From NCBI GenBank assembly GCA_963814375.1, contig CAWFCQ010000004.1, positions 64,001-128,000 on the forward strand: a DNA stretch of 64,000 nucleotides, in the 5' to 3' direction. Each line of letters starts with the position of its first letter. Within the stretch, counting starts at the first letter, position 1. The DNA comes from an uncultured Chloroflexia bacterium (GTDB taxonomy: Bacteria > Chloroflexota > Limnocylindria > QHBO01). Position numbers and translations under genes: made by a program. The notes beneath the pieces were generated by a model, which saw nothing but the letters and a program-made list of their open reading frames with translations, was not told where the DNA came from and ran no database searches. Positions 20,845 through 31,744 of this stretch are shown here, piece after piece.

Positions 20845-21939
20845 ATGCAGGTCACGATCGTCGGGGTCCCCGGCAGCGGCAAGACCACCGTCTTCAACGC
20901 GCTCACCGGCGGGCACGCGGAGACCGGCTCGTTTTCGGGTGGGCGCGCCGCCCCGAACGTCAGCGTGGTCAAGGTGCCCGACGAACGGGTCGATCGCCTG
21001 GCCGCGCTCTTCAGCCCCAAGAAGACGACCTACGCCGACATCACCTACGTGGACGTCGCCATCCCCGCCGGTGCCGCGCGCGAGGGAACGGTCAACCCCG
21101 ACGTGCTGGCCCAGATCCGCAATGCGGACGCGCTGCTGCACGTTGCCCGCGCATTCGCGGACCCGGCCGCCGCCACCGCGCCCGATCCGTGGCGGGACGT
21201 GGACGAGCTGGACCTCGAGTTCACCGTCGCCGATCTGCTGGTGATCGAGAAGCGGCTCGAGAAGCTCACGACCCAGGGCCGGCACGGCTCGCAGGCCGAG
21301 CGCGAGCAGGCCCAGCGCGAGGATGAGCTCCTGCGCCGCGTGGAGCCGCACCTCTCGGCCGGAAACCCGATCCGCTCGTTCGGGCTGACCGACGACGAGG
21401 AGCTCCTGCTGCGCGGCTACCGCTTCCTGACGCAGAAGCCGGTGCTGGTCGTGCTGAACATCGACGAGGGCCGCCTGCCGGAGGCCGATGCCCTCGAAGC
21501 TGCCGGTCGCGATCGGTACGCGCAGCCGCACACCGATGTCGCCGCGCTGGCCGGCAAGATCGAGGCGGAGATCGGCGAGCTGCCCGACGACGACGCGCGC
21601 CTCTTCATGGACGACCTCGGCATCGCCGAGCCGTCGCGCGGCCGCGTGATCCGCCTCACCTACGCGCTGCTCGGCCTCTTCAGCTTCTTCACCGCGGGAG
21701 AGGACGAATGCCGTGCCTGGACGCTGCGGACCGGCTCGACGGCGGTCGACGCGGCCGGGGCGATCCACTCGGACCTGGCGCGGGGCTTCATCCGTGCCCA
21801 GGTCATCGGCGTCGACGAGCTGATCGAGGCCGGCTCGATGGCCGAGGCTCGCAAACGCGGCATCCTGCGCCAGGAGGGCAAGGCGTACGAGGTCCGCGAT
21901 GGCGAGGTCCTCGAGATCCTCTTCAACGTGGGGCGCTGA
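20845..21939 (+). CDS. ychF: YchF/Obg-like ATPase with TGS domain
   Basis: GVPGSGKTT, VPDERVDRL, LTQKP, FFTAGEDECRAW, AGAIHSDLARGFIRA, EGKAYEVRDG. Confidence 0.9.
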   Translation: MQVTIVGVPGSGKTTVFNALTGGHAETGSFSGGRAAPNVSVVKVPDERVDRLAALFSPKKTTYADITYVDVAIPAGAAREGTVNPDVLAQIRNADALLHVARAFADPAAATAPDPWRDVDELDLEFTVADLLVIEKRLEKLTTQGRHGSQAEREQAQREDELLRRVEPHLSAGNPIRSFGLTDDEELLLRGYRFLTQKPVLVVLNIDEGRLPEADALEAAGRDRYAQPHTDVAALAGKIEAEIGELPDDDARLFMDDLGIAEPSRGRVIRLTYALLGLFSFFTAGEDECRAWTLRTGSTAVDAAGAIHSDLARGFIRAQVIGVDELIEAGSMAEARKRGILRQEGKAYEVRDGEVLEILFNVGR

Positions 21940-21949
21940 CGAGCCGCCG

Positions 21950-22513
21950 ATGGTGAGCGAGCAGAAGGCACGGATGCTTGCCGGCGATCTGTACCACGCC
22001 GCTGACCCGGAGCTGCAGGCCGATGCCGAGCGCTGCCACCTGCTCCTCGAGCGCTACAACGCCACGAGCATCACCGAGGCCGAGGAGCGGGAGCGCATCC
22101 TCGCCGAGCTGCTCGGCGCCGTGGGCCGTGGCGTGACCATCCGACCGCCGCTCGTGATGGACTACGGCTACCAGACGACGATTGGCGCAGGCACCTTCAT
22201 CAACTCCGGCGCCATCATTCTGGACGTCGGCCGGGTCACGATCGGCGGGGACGTGCAGATGGGGCCGAATGTCCAGCTGCTGACTCCGACCCATCCGCTC
22301 GATCCGGCAGTGCGCCGCACCGGCGCCGAGGCAGCCGAGCCGATTGTTATCGGCGACAACGCCTGGCTGGGGGGTGGGGTGATCGTCTGCCCGGGCGTCA
22401 GCATCGGCGCTGACACCGTCGTCGGTGCCGGGGCGGTGGTTGCCCGCGACCTGCCGGCGGGCGTCCTGGCGGTCGGCAACCCGGCGCGGGTGATCCGCAG
22501 CCTCGATGGCTAG
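21950..22513 (+). CDS. maa: Sugar (maltose) O-acetyltransferase
   Basis: KARMLAGDLY, DYGY, hexapeptide repeats, AVGNPARVIR. Confidence 0.92.
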   Translation: MVSEQKARMLAGDLYHAADPELQADAERCHLLLERYNATSITEAEERERILAELLGAVGRGVTIRPPLVMDYGYQTTIGAGTFINSGAIILDVGRVTIGGDVQMGPNVQLLTPTHPLDPAVRRTGAEAAEPIVIGDNAWLGGGVIVCPGVSIGADTVVGAGAVVARDLPAGVLAVGNPARVIRSLDG

Positions 22514-22833
22514 GAGGAAGGCTCCATCTCGGCGATGATCGAGCGGAACTCCTCGCTCTGCTCGACGAGGAAGGTGTCCTCCTCCTCGACCCCGACGCTC
22601 ATCGAAGCCCGGAGCTTCTCGTCGCCGATGTAGGTGAAGCCGTGGGAGCGTTCGAGCTCTCGGGCGACCGCCTCCACCAGCGTGTCCTCCTCGTACGTGT
22701 CGAGGATCGCGGTGCGCGCCGCCTGGACCAGCGCCTCGAACTGGGCTGGAGTATGGTCGCGCTCCGAGACGAGCAGCGCATCGGTCAGGAGGTCGGTGGC
22801 GCCCTCGTGGAGCTCGTAGAAGAAGAGCTGCAT
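22510..22833 (-). CDS. Hypothetical acidic protein
   Basis: 107-aa ORF with coding-like codon use; TATCAT -10 six nt upstream. Confidence 0.75.
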   Translation of the reverse strand: MQLFFYELHEGATDLLTDALLVSERDHTPAQFEALVQAARTAILDTYEEDTLVEAVARELERSHGFTYIGDEKLRASMSVGVEEEDTFLVEQSEEFRSIIAEMEPSS

Positions 22834-22850
22834 GCGCCGATGATAGCCAG

Positions 22851-23693
22851 ATGACCGAGCTGCTGATCGTCGGCGGCCTGACCGTCGACCGGTTCGCCGA
22901 TGGCACCTCCGCGCCGGGTGGATCGGTCCTCCACTCCGGGATCGCCGCCGCGGCCGAGGGAGCCGAGCTGACGTTCCTCACCGTCGCCGGGCCGGAGGCG
23001 GAAGCAGTGAGCGGGCTCGACCGTCTGCGCCAGCTCGGCACCGTGGTCCACCAGCCGGTGCCGGCGACCACAACCTACGTCCACACCGAGGAGGATGGCC
23101 GCCGTGTCCTCGTGTACGAGGCGGCGACCGCCCCGATCGATCCGCAGCAGGTCGACGGCCTGGCGGGATCCGACGTCGTGCTGGTGGCGCCCATCGCCGA
23201 CGAGCTGCCCGCTCCCGGTCTCGACGAGCTGATCGACGCGCTGCATCCGCCCCTCGCGGTCTTCCTGATCCAGGGCTGGCTGCGGAGGCTCGAGCTCGGT
23301 GAGCGGGTCCATCCGTTGGCCCCCGGCGAGGTACCGAAGGAGCTCTGGGATGCGTTCGGTCGGGCGGACGCGATCGTGCTCTCAGCCGAGGATCTGGCGG
23401 ACGCGCCGGAGGACCCGTTCGTCCAGTCGGCCGCCATCCGCGCATTGGTGGGCGCCGGTCCGCTCATCGTGCTCACGTTCGGGGCGGAGGGCTACCTGCT
23501 CGATGACCCGGCCGCCGACCGGGTCGTCGCCAGCGTCCCGCGACGAGTCGTCGAGGGCGTTCCGATGGTCGGAGCGGGCGACACGTTCGGCGCCGCGCTT
23601 GCGCTCCATCTCGGCCGTGGCGTCGCGCCGGCGGCCGCTGCGGAGGCCGCCACCGACGCCGTCATCCGCGTCCTGGAGGCGCGCCGAGCCTAG
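22851..23693 (+). CDS. PfkB family carbohydrate kinase
   Basis: APGGS, QGWLR, VLTFGAEG, VGAGDTFGAA. Confidence 0.85.
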   Translation: MTELLIVGGLTVDRFADGTSAPGGSVLHSGIAAAAEGAELTFLTVAGPEAEAVSGLDRLRQLGTVVHQPVPATTTYVHTEEDGRRVLVYEAATAPIDPQQVDGLAGSDVVLVAPIADELPAPGLDELIDALHPPLAVFLIQGWLRRLELGERVHPLAPGEVPKELWDAFGRADAIVLSAEDLADAPEDPFVQSAAIRALVGAGPLIVLTFGAEGYLLDDPAADRVVASVPRRVVEGVPMVGAGDTFGAALALHLGRGVAPAAAAEAATDAVIRVLEARRA

Positions 23694-24931
23694 GCAACGG
23701 CCGATGTGACGTCGTTCTCCCGCGCGCGTCGGCGGTCGGCGGCGGCGACCCAGCGCCGGAGACGCCGCAGGCGCCGATCGACCGTGATTCGCGTCCTTCC
23801 AACCTCGCTCATGGAGCCGCCCCGGCCGAGCGCGAAGGCGATGTCGAGCACGCGCGACGCTGCCGCGGCGGCATCGAGCGCCCCGTGCAGGTCGCCGCGA
23901 TGACGCTCGCGGATGCGGGCCACCTCGATCCAGGCCGCCGCGGCGTCGACCGATGCTCGCCGCGTGCCGATCGTCCACAGCTGCTCGGCACGCTCCACCT
24001 CTCCCAGCGCCAGGAGAAGCCGGGAAGCCACGCGACGCAGCGCGTTCGCCTCGGCGGGGTCGGCCGCCACCGCCTGCGCCACCTCGACGAGCTCGAGGGC
24101 CTCGTCGACGGCGCCGGCGCGAAGCAGCTCGAGCGCCATGCCCCGCGGGTCGAGCACGCTCGCATCGCGCCAGCCACCGGAACGAAGCCGGCACAGCTCC
24201 GCCTCGAGCAGGACGAGGCTCACGACGTCCTGGAAGTTGTGATCGAGCACCTCGGCCAGGATGTCGGGTGATCCGCCGCGCAGATACCCGAAGTAGCGGG
24301 CGGGGACTTCCGATCCGGGACAGTCGGACGACCGGCGGACGCCGAGGACGCCGGCCTCCACATCCGCCAGGCGCGCTCCGCCGAGAGGTCGCCGAAAGAG
24401 CCGTCGGGCATCGGGCAGCAGATCGTCGTGCAGGTCGGGAAGCAGTGCCTGCTCGCGGAAGAGGCCGTGGACGGTGAGCCGCGCGGCGAGCATCGGCAGG
24501 TCGAAGGTCCGCCCGTTGTAGGTCACCAGACGGGAGAAGGTGGCGAGATCGGCCACGAGGGCGCGGAGCAGGGCCGGCTCGTGCGGGTAGTCGGGCAGCA
24601 GGTACTGGCGAACCGTGACCCTCGCGCCGTCGATGCGCGCGACGGCGGCCATGAAGATCACGGTTCCCGCACCGGTCGAGAGGCCAGTCGTCTCGGTGTC
24701 GAAGTACGCCGCCGGTGGCAGCCCGGAGACGGCTGACGCCGCCTCATCCGCGATCCGCAGGGTCCGCTCGATGACGAGGGCGGTTCCTCCGCCCTCGGTC
24801 ACCTCGGTGCGCGCGTCGAACCAGCGCACCAGGGTCGCGACCCGATCGTCGGCGAGCGAGCGCGGCGACGCCCTCGGCGCCGGGTCGCGCACCGCCGTCA
24901 GTCGATCGGCCAGCGATCGCGATGCTGCCAT
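23690..24931 (-). CDS. mrfB: YprB/MrfB-like DEDD exonuclease (RNase H-like) with TPR-like C-terminus
   Basis: FDTETTGLSTGAG, TYNGRTFDLP, DLLPDARR, HNFQDVVSL; directly downstream of the DUF1998 helicase. Confidence 0.85.
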   Translation of the reverse strand: MAASRSLADRLTAVRDPAPRASPRSLADDRVATLVRWFDARTEVTEGGGTALVIERTLRIADEAASAVSGLPPAAYFDTETTGLSTGAGTVIFMAAVARIDGARVTVRQYLLPDYPHEPALLRALVADLATFSRLVTYNGRTFDLPMLAARLTVHGLFREQALLPDLHDDLLPDARRLFRRPLGGARLADVEAGVLGVRRSSDCPGSEVPARYFGYLRGGSPDILAEVLDHNFQDVVSLVLLEAELCRLRSGGWRDASVLDPRGMALELLRAGAVDEALELVEVAQAVAADPAEANALRRVASRLLLALGEVERAEQLWTIGTRRASVDAAAAWIEVARIRERHRGDLHGALDAAAAASRVLDIAFALGRGGSMSEVGRTRITVDRRLRRLRRWVAAADRRRARENDVTSAVA

Positions 24932-24936
24932 GGCCG

Positions 24937-27220
24937 TCAGCTCATGCCCGCCAGGAGCTCGGCGACGGTCTGCTTGCCGCGCACCCCGACCTCGATGGCC
25001 GGGCCGACGCAGGCAGGGCAGCCGTCGGCGCAGGCGCAGGAGTCGACCGCCTCGCGGCACGCGCGGATGAGCTCGTCGACGAGCGTGAAGAGCCGCTCGG
25101 TCAGGCCGACCCCGCCGGGCACCGCGTCGTACAGGTAGAGAGTGGGTTGGCCGGTAAAGGGCGCCTGGACCTGGGCCAGGACGCCGATGTCGCGCGGATC
25201 GCTCATCAGCAGCAGCGCCGCCGTCGTGCGAGCGATGCGCGCCAGGCCGATGAGCGCGCCATCGAGCGTGTCGCGGTCGTATCGATTCACGAGCTCGGCC
25301 GGCGGCACCAGCCAGGTCGAGGTCGTGTGCATCTCCTGCTCGGGGATGCTGATCGAGCCCCAGCCGACGTTCTCGTGGGTGTGGAACTTGATCTTCTTGA
25401 ACATGGTCACCTTCCAGGCGACCATCACCTCGCCGCGCTGCCGCTTGCCGGCGGGCGCCTCATCGGTCTCCTCGAAGACCTCGAGCACCTTGAGCGTGAT
25501 GCCGAGATCGGCATCGGTGTAGTAGTCGACGTCGGTACGGGTGACGTAGGCCTTGCGCTCTTCCCAGTCGAGGCGGTCGACGTGGTGCTGGACACCCTCG
25601 TGGATGTAGATCGCCTTCTCGTGGACGAGCAGTGGAGCGGCGAAGAGGTCGACCTCGCCGAGGACGCGGTGGCGGTCCCCGGTGGTGTCGACGATCACGA
25701 CGTTCTCGGGCGCGCCGCTGCGGAGGCTGAAGTCGGATGCCGGGAAGTTCTCGTGGCTCCAGTAGTAGCGGTCGTCATCGGCGCGGCGGATCCAGCCGTC
25801 CTCCTGGAGCACGTCGAGGAGCGTCGGCGTCTCGTCGATGCCGAAGCGCTCGTCCGCCGGAACGGGGAGCTCGAAGGTCGACGCCCGCAGGTGGTTGAGC
25901 AGCACGAAGAGGTTGTCCGGGTTGACGAGGCCGTGCTCGGGTGACCGATCGAAGAGGTACTCGGGGTGGGCCGCCAGGAACTGGTCGATCGGCGCCGAGG
26001 AGCAGATCAGCGCCGACACGCTCGTGCTGGCTCGACGTCCCGCCCGCCCCATCTGCTGCCAGGTCGACGCGATCGTTCCCGGGTAGCCGACGCTGATCGC
26101 GGCCTCGAGACTGCCGATGTCGATCCCGAGCTCGAGCGCGTTCGTGGCCACCACGCCGCGCACGCGGCCGTCGCGCAGCCCGGCCTCGATCTCGTGGCGC
26201 TCGTTCGGCAGGTAGCCGCCGCGATAGCCGCGGATCGTGTGCGGATGACCGGGTGGCGGCGCGAAGGTCTCGCGCAGATACCCCAGGAGCACCTCGACCG
26301 ACGTTCGCGATTTTGTGAACGCAATCGTCTGCACGCCGCCGCCGATGAGGCGCTCGGCGAGGTGCTGGCCGGTCAGGAGCGCGGAGCCGCGGATGCCGAG
26401 CTGCTCGTTGGCGATCGGCGGGTTGATGACGAGCAGGTGCCGGCGCCCGGACGGCGCGCCGTTGTCGTCGACGAGCTCGACCGGCGCCTCCAGCACGCCC
26501 TCGGCCAGCTCGCGGGGGTTGGCGATCGTGGCGCTGGCGCAGATGAAGATCGGGTCGGCGCCGTAGTGGGCGCAGATTCGGCGCAGCCGGCGGATGACGT
26601 TGGCGACGTGCGATCCGAACAGCCCGCGATACGTGTGGAGCTCGTCGATCACGACGTACTGGAGGTTCTCGAAGAGCTTGAACCACTTCGTGTGGTGCGG
26701 GAGGATCGCCGCGTGGAGCATGTCCGGGTTGGTGATCACCACTTGGCCCGCGGCTCGGACGACCGAGCGGACGTTGGGAGGCGTGTCGCCGTCGTAGGTG
26801 TGGGTCTTGAGGCCGAGCTCGGCCGCGTCGGCCAGGGCTCGAAGCTCCACGAGCTGATCGGCGGCGAGCGCCTTGGTGGGGAAGAGGTACAGCGCGCGGG
26901 CCGCCTCGTCCTTGGCGATCGCATCGAGGACCGGCAGGTTGTAGCAGAGCGTCTTCCCCGATGCGGTCGGCGTGACCACGACGAGGTTCCTGCCACCGAC
27001 GGCGTGACGGTAGGCCGCCGCCTGGTGGGTGTAGAGGGCGTCGATGCCCCGGCCGCGGAGCGCGCCGATGATCCGCGGATCGATCTTCGCCGGCCACGGC
27101 GCGTGCTGCGGGGGTTTGGGCTCGAGCTCCCGGTGCGCGGCGATGAGCGGCGCGATGCGCCGGGTCCGCCAGCAGAGAGGCGATCGCCGCATCGGCGTTG
27201 GTCAGGGGCGCGGTCAGCAT
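24937..27220 (-). CDS. mrfA: DEAH-box helicase with DUF1998 (YprA/MrfA/SftH); frameshift near 27160
   Basis: TPTASGKT, IDELHTYRG, SAT, QMGRAGR, LYDAVPGGVG, CACADGCPAC; ATG 27220 with GAGGAG SD lies in an adjacent frame. Confidence 0.92.
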
Positions 27221-27238
27221 CGGCGGCTCCTCTCAAAC

Positions 27239-27278
27239 CGAACATACGTTCGGTCGCGGACGATAGCACAGGTGTTCG
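27239..27278. promoter_or_regulatory. Tandem LexA (SOS) boxes, GAAC-N4-GTTC type
   Basis: CGAAC-ATAC-GTTCG at 27239-27252 (perfect) and AGCAC-AGGT-GTTCG at 27265-27278, upstream of mrfAB. Confidence 0.85.
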
Positions 27279-27355
27279 AATCGTCAGAGGCCGATGCGAC
27301 AGCTCTGCTGTCGCGAGGGAGCGACGTGCTGGGCGTCTCGGATAGACTGCCGGCC

Positions 27356-27790
27356 ATGACCGTCGTGGAGATGCCGTCCGAGCAGGCGCCGCCGACGCCA
27401 CCGCGTCAACGGATGCGGTTGCCCGGGACCCGCCGAGGACTGGCCTGGATGGTCGTCCTCTCGGTCGTCGCGCTCCTGCTCGTCTTCCAGTTCGGCCGGC
27501 AGGTCTACGCGAACTGGGAGAGCGGGCAGCGTGCCGCCGAGATCGAGGCGGAGATCGCCGCGATCGAGGCCGAGAACGCGCGCCTGCAGGAGGAGCTCGC
27601 GTACCTGCGCAGTGACGCCTTCGTCAGCGCCGAGGCACGACGCTTCGCAAATCTCGGGGCGGAAGGCGAGCAGGTCCTCATCATCCCGCCGGGCGCCGAG
27701 GAGCCGCTGCCTGACGAGCTGTCAGGCATCGAGCCACCGCCGCCGCTGCTCCAGCAGTGGCTCGACCTCTTCTTCGGCGCGCCAGCCTAG
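27356..27790 (+). CDS. Septum formation initiator (FtsB/DivIC family)
   Basis: Single TM, coiled coil, LRSDAFVSAEARR...GE; TAGACT -10 seven nt upstream. Confidence 0.85.
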   Translation: MTVVEMPSEQAPPTPPRQRMRLPGTRRGLAWMVVLSVVALLLVFQFGRQVYANWESGQRAAEIEAEIAAIEAENARLQEELAYLRSDAFVSAEARRFANLGAEGEQVLIIPPGAEEPLPDELSGIEPPPPLLQQWLDLFFGAPA

Positions 27791-27798
27791 GAGGGAGG

Positions 27799-28284
27799 GT
27801 GCGCGAAACGGTCGTCTACCTGCACGTCGTCGGCGCCTTCGTCTTCGTCCTCGCCCACGGTGCGTCGATCCTCGTGGCGTTCCGGATCCGGACGGAGCGC
27901 AATCGTGAGCGTATCGCCGCGCTCCTCGAGCTCTCGTCGTGGGGCATCAACCTCGCGTACATCGGCCTCACGATCCTCATCCTGGCGGGGATCGCGGCCG
28001 GGTTCATGGGCAACTACTGGGGCAACGGATGGCTCTGGGTCTCGATCGGCATCCTCGTCGTCGTACTTGGCGCGATGTATGCGCTGGCGACGCCGTACTA
28101 CGGCCGCATGCGCGTGGCCGCGGGCGCGAGCGTGCCTCCGGCCGTCGCAAGCCGGCTGGACCCGCCGCCAACCGAGGCTGACCTCGAGGCGCTCGCAGCC
28201 TCGAACCGGCCGATGCTGCTGGCCGCAATCGGCGGAGTCGGGCTGGCGGCGATCCTGTGGCTCATGCTCTTCAAGCCGTTCTGA
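27799..28284 (+). CDS. DUF2269-like membrane protein
   Basis: YLHVVGAF...HG, four TM, C-terminal LMLFKPF; AGGAGG SD. Confidence 0.75.
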   Translation: MRETVVYLHVVGAFVFVLAHGASILVAFRIRTERNRERIAALLELSSWGINLAYIGLTILILAGIAAGFMGNYWGNGWLWVSIGILVVVLGAMYALATPYYGRMRVAAGASVPPAVASRLDPPPTEADLEALAASNRPMLLAAIGGVGLAAILWLMLFKPF

Positions 28285-28288
28285 GCCC

Positions 28289-29923
<1,635 letters not shown>

Positions 29924-30122
29924 GGTCTCCTCCTCGTTCGCGATCCGGGCCCGGCGCGGGCGGTGGGGTCGCCGTTCTGAGTCGACCGGCCGCGCGTCGA
30001 CGGGTGGCAACCCGTGAGTCGGCTTCCGCAGTCTGAAAGTGCGTGCTGTTGTGCCGCCGCGTGTGCGTGCGGTCGGCCGCCATTCTACTCCGGGAGGCAG
30101 CCCGAGGCGAGCCGGACGATCG

Positions 30123-30574
30123 TCAGGCGCAGTCCACGCAGCGGCCGACGAGGGTCGTGTGCGACAGGTCGACGCTGAACCCGCTCTGTGCCCTCGATCT
30201 GCTCCACCAGCGGCCGCAGCTCGGCATCGGCGACTTCCCACTGGCGGCCGCAGCCGGCGCAATGGAGGTGACCGTGATCGTCCGCCGGCCGGATGTGATA
30301 TTCCTCGCGACCGTCGGCGCCATGCCCGTGGCGGACGAGCCCGAGCTCCTCGAGGACGTCGAGGGTGCGGTAGACGGTGGACGGCACGGTCGCCGGATCG
30401 AGCTCGCGGCAGCGCCGCACGATCTCGGCGCCGGTGACGTGACCGGAGCTGTCCGCCAGCACGTTGATGACCTGGCGGCGCTGTGGCGTCCAGCGCAGTC
30501 CGCGCTGTTGGAGGTAGCCCCGCAGCCGACGCCCACGGCTCCGGCAGGACCTGCTCCACGGGCGTCGCGCTCAT
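30123..30574 (-). CDS. Fur family metalloregulator (Nur/Zur-like), with frameshifts
   Basis: GHVTG, STVYRTLDVLEELGLV, HGHLHCAGCG, GRCVDCA* in different frames; ATGA coupling to the permease. Confidence 0.85.
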
Positions 30575-31554
30575 CCGCCGATGAACCTGAACATCTCGTC
30601 GAGGTTCGGCAGCGACCCCTCGGCCTGGAACAGCATCAGGGTGCCGATCCAGATGCTGAAGATTCCCGCCAGCACGCCGATGCCCACGTAGAGGCGGGTC
30701 CGAACCTGGCTCGCGATGAAGCCGGTGGCGGTCATCACCACGATCACGGTGTTCGAGAACACCAGGCCGATGATGAAGGCGAACAGCATCGGCACGCCGA
30801 GACCCTGGCTCGAGGCTCCACCCACCGCGGCGATGAGCAATGCCTGCGAGGCGGTCTCGGCGCCGATGCCATGGATCATCCCGACGCCAAAGGCGGTGCG
30901 CGGCCCATACGAGCTGGCCTCGATGGGATCGACGTGATGGTGGCCGTGGATCCTGGCCTGGAGCCGGCGCCATGCATGCCGGACTCCGTCGAAGACGAGC
31001 ATCCAGCGGCTCCTCAGCCGGAACTCCCCGCCGTGGCGCACGTACTGGTAGAGGGAGACGAACACGTAGACACCCAGGAACACGAGCGTTGCTCCGACCA
31101 CGCGACCCATGATCGGGTCGATCCAGGCCGGCAGCGCGGCTCCGAGCAGGAGCGCGGCGAGCCCAAGGATCGCGACCACCAGGGCGTGCCCGAGCGCATA
31201 CAGCGTTCCGAGGAAGATCGGCTGGCGCTCGACGCTCAACGTCTCGAGCAGCCCGCGGCCCTGAGGCTTCTCGGTTGCGAGCATCGCTCCGGGACCTTCG
31301 CCCGCGCGCCTGACGTGCGCCGCGGCCTCCGTGCTGCCGCCATGGTCGTGGGCGTGGCCACCGAGCGCCTCGTGGTCACGGCGGTGAGCGGCCTCGGCCG
31401 CGGAGGTGGCGGCGGTGGTGCTGGTGATGTCGGTGATCGCCGCGATGTGATCCCAGTCGATGCCGTGCCGGATCCCGAGCAGGAGGCCGGTAACGAGGAC
31501 TCCCACACCCGCTGGGCTGGAGACTGCGGCGGCGAGATTCGAGAATGCGTCCAC
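30571..31554 (-). CDS. NiCoT/HoxN/UreH-like nickel/cobalt permease
   Basis: GIRHGIDWDHIAAI, His-rich loops, LGHA, GMIHGIGAET, multiple TM. Confidence 0.88.
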   Translation of the reverse strand: MDAFSNLAAAVSSPAGVGVLVTGLLLGIRHGIDWDHIAAITDITSTTAATSAAEAAHRRDHEALGGHAHDHGGSTEAAAHVRRAGEGPGAMLATEKPQGRGLLETLSVERQPIFLGTLYALGHALVVAILGLAALLLGAALPAWIDPIMGRVVGATLVFLGVYVFVSLYQYVRHGGEFRLRSRWMLVFDGVRHAWRRLQARIHGHHHVDPIEASSYGPRTAFGVGMIHGIGAETASQALLIAAVGGASSQGLGVPMLFAFIIGLVFSNTVIVVMTATGFIASQVRTRLYVGIGVLAGIFSIWIGTLMLFQAEGSLPNLDEMFRFIGG

Positions 31555-31563
31555 GGCGGGACG

Positions 31564-31603
31564 ATGGTAAACGCCTCGCGTCGCATATGCAACAGATTGC
31601 AAT
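31564..31603 (-). promoter_or_regulatory. Promoter (TTGCAT-17 bp-TACCAT) overlapped by a TGCAA-N4-TTGCA inverted repeat, candidate Fur-family operator
   Basis: -10 at 31569-31564; -35 at 31592-31587; TGCAACAGATTGCA at 31588-31601. Confidence 0.65.
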
Positions 31604-31669
31604 AACGCGGAGCCGCGCGAGCTACCCATGTGGAGCGACGCCGATGCGCGCGCTAGAATCGACGGCCGT

Positions 31670-31744
31670 GGCGGAGTAGCTCAGTGGTAGAGCAGGGGAC
31701 TCATAAGCCCTTGGCCGGTGGTTCGAATCCGCCCTCCGCTACCA
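31670..31744 (+). tRNA. tRNA with CAT anticodon (elongator Met more likely than Ile2)
   Basis: Cloverleaf: GGCGGAG/CTCCGCT acceptor stem, GCTC/GAGC D stem, CTCATAA loop, GGTTCGAATCC T arm, encoded ACCA; TAGAAT -10 at 31654. Confidence 0.97.

Noticed and set aside
24937-27220. DUF1998 helicase as a DISARM/Druantia defence gene
   Set aside because: The YprB-like partner and LexA boxes fit MrfAB repair; no drmA, methylase or other defence genes are adjacent
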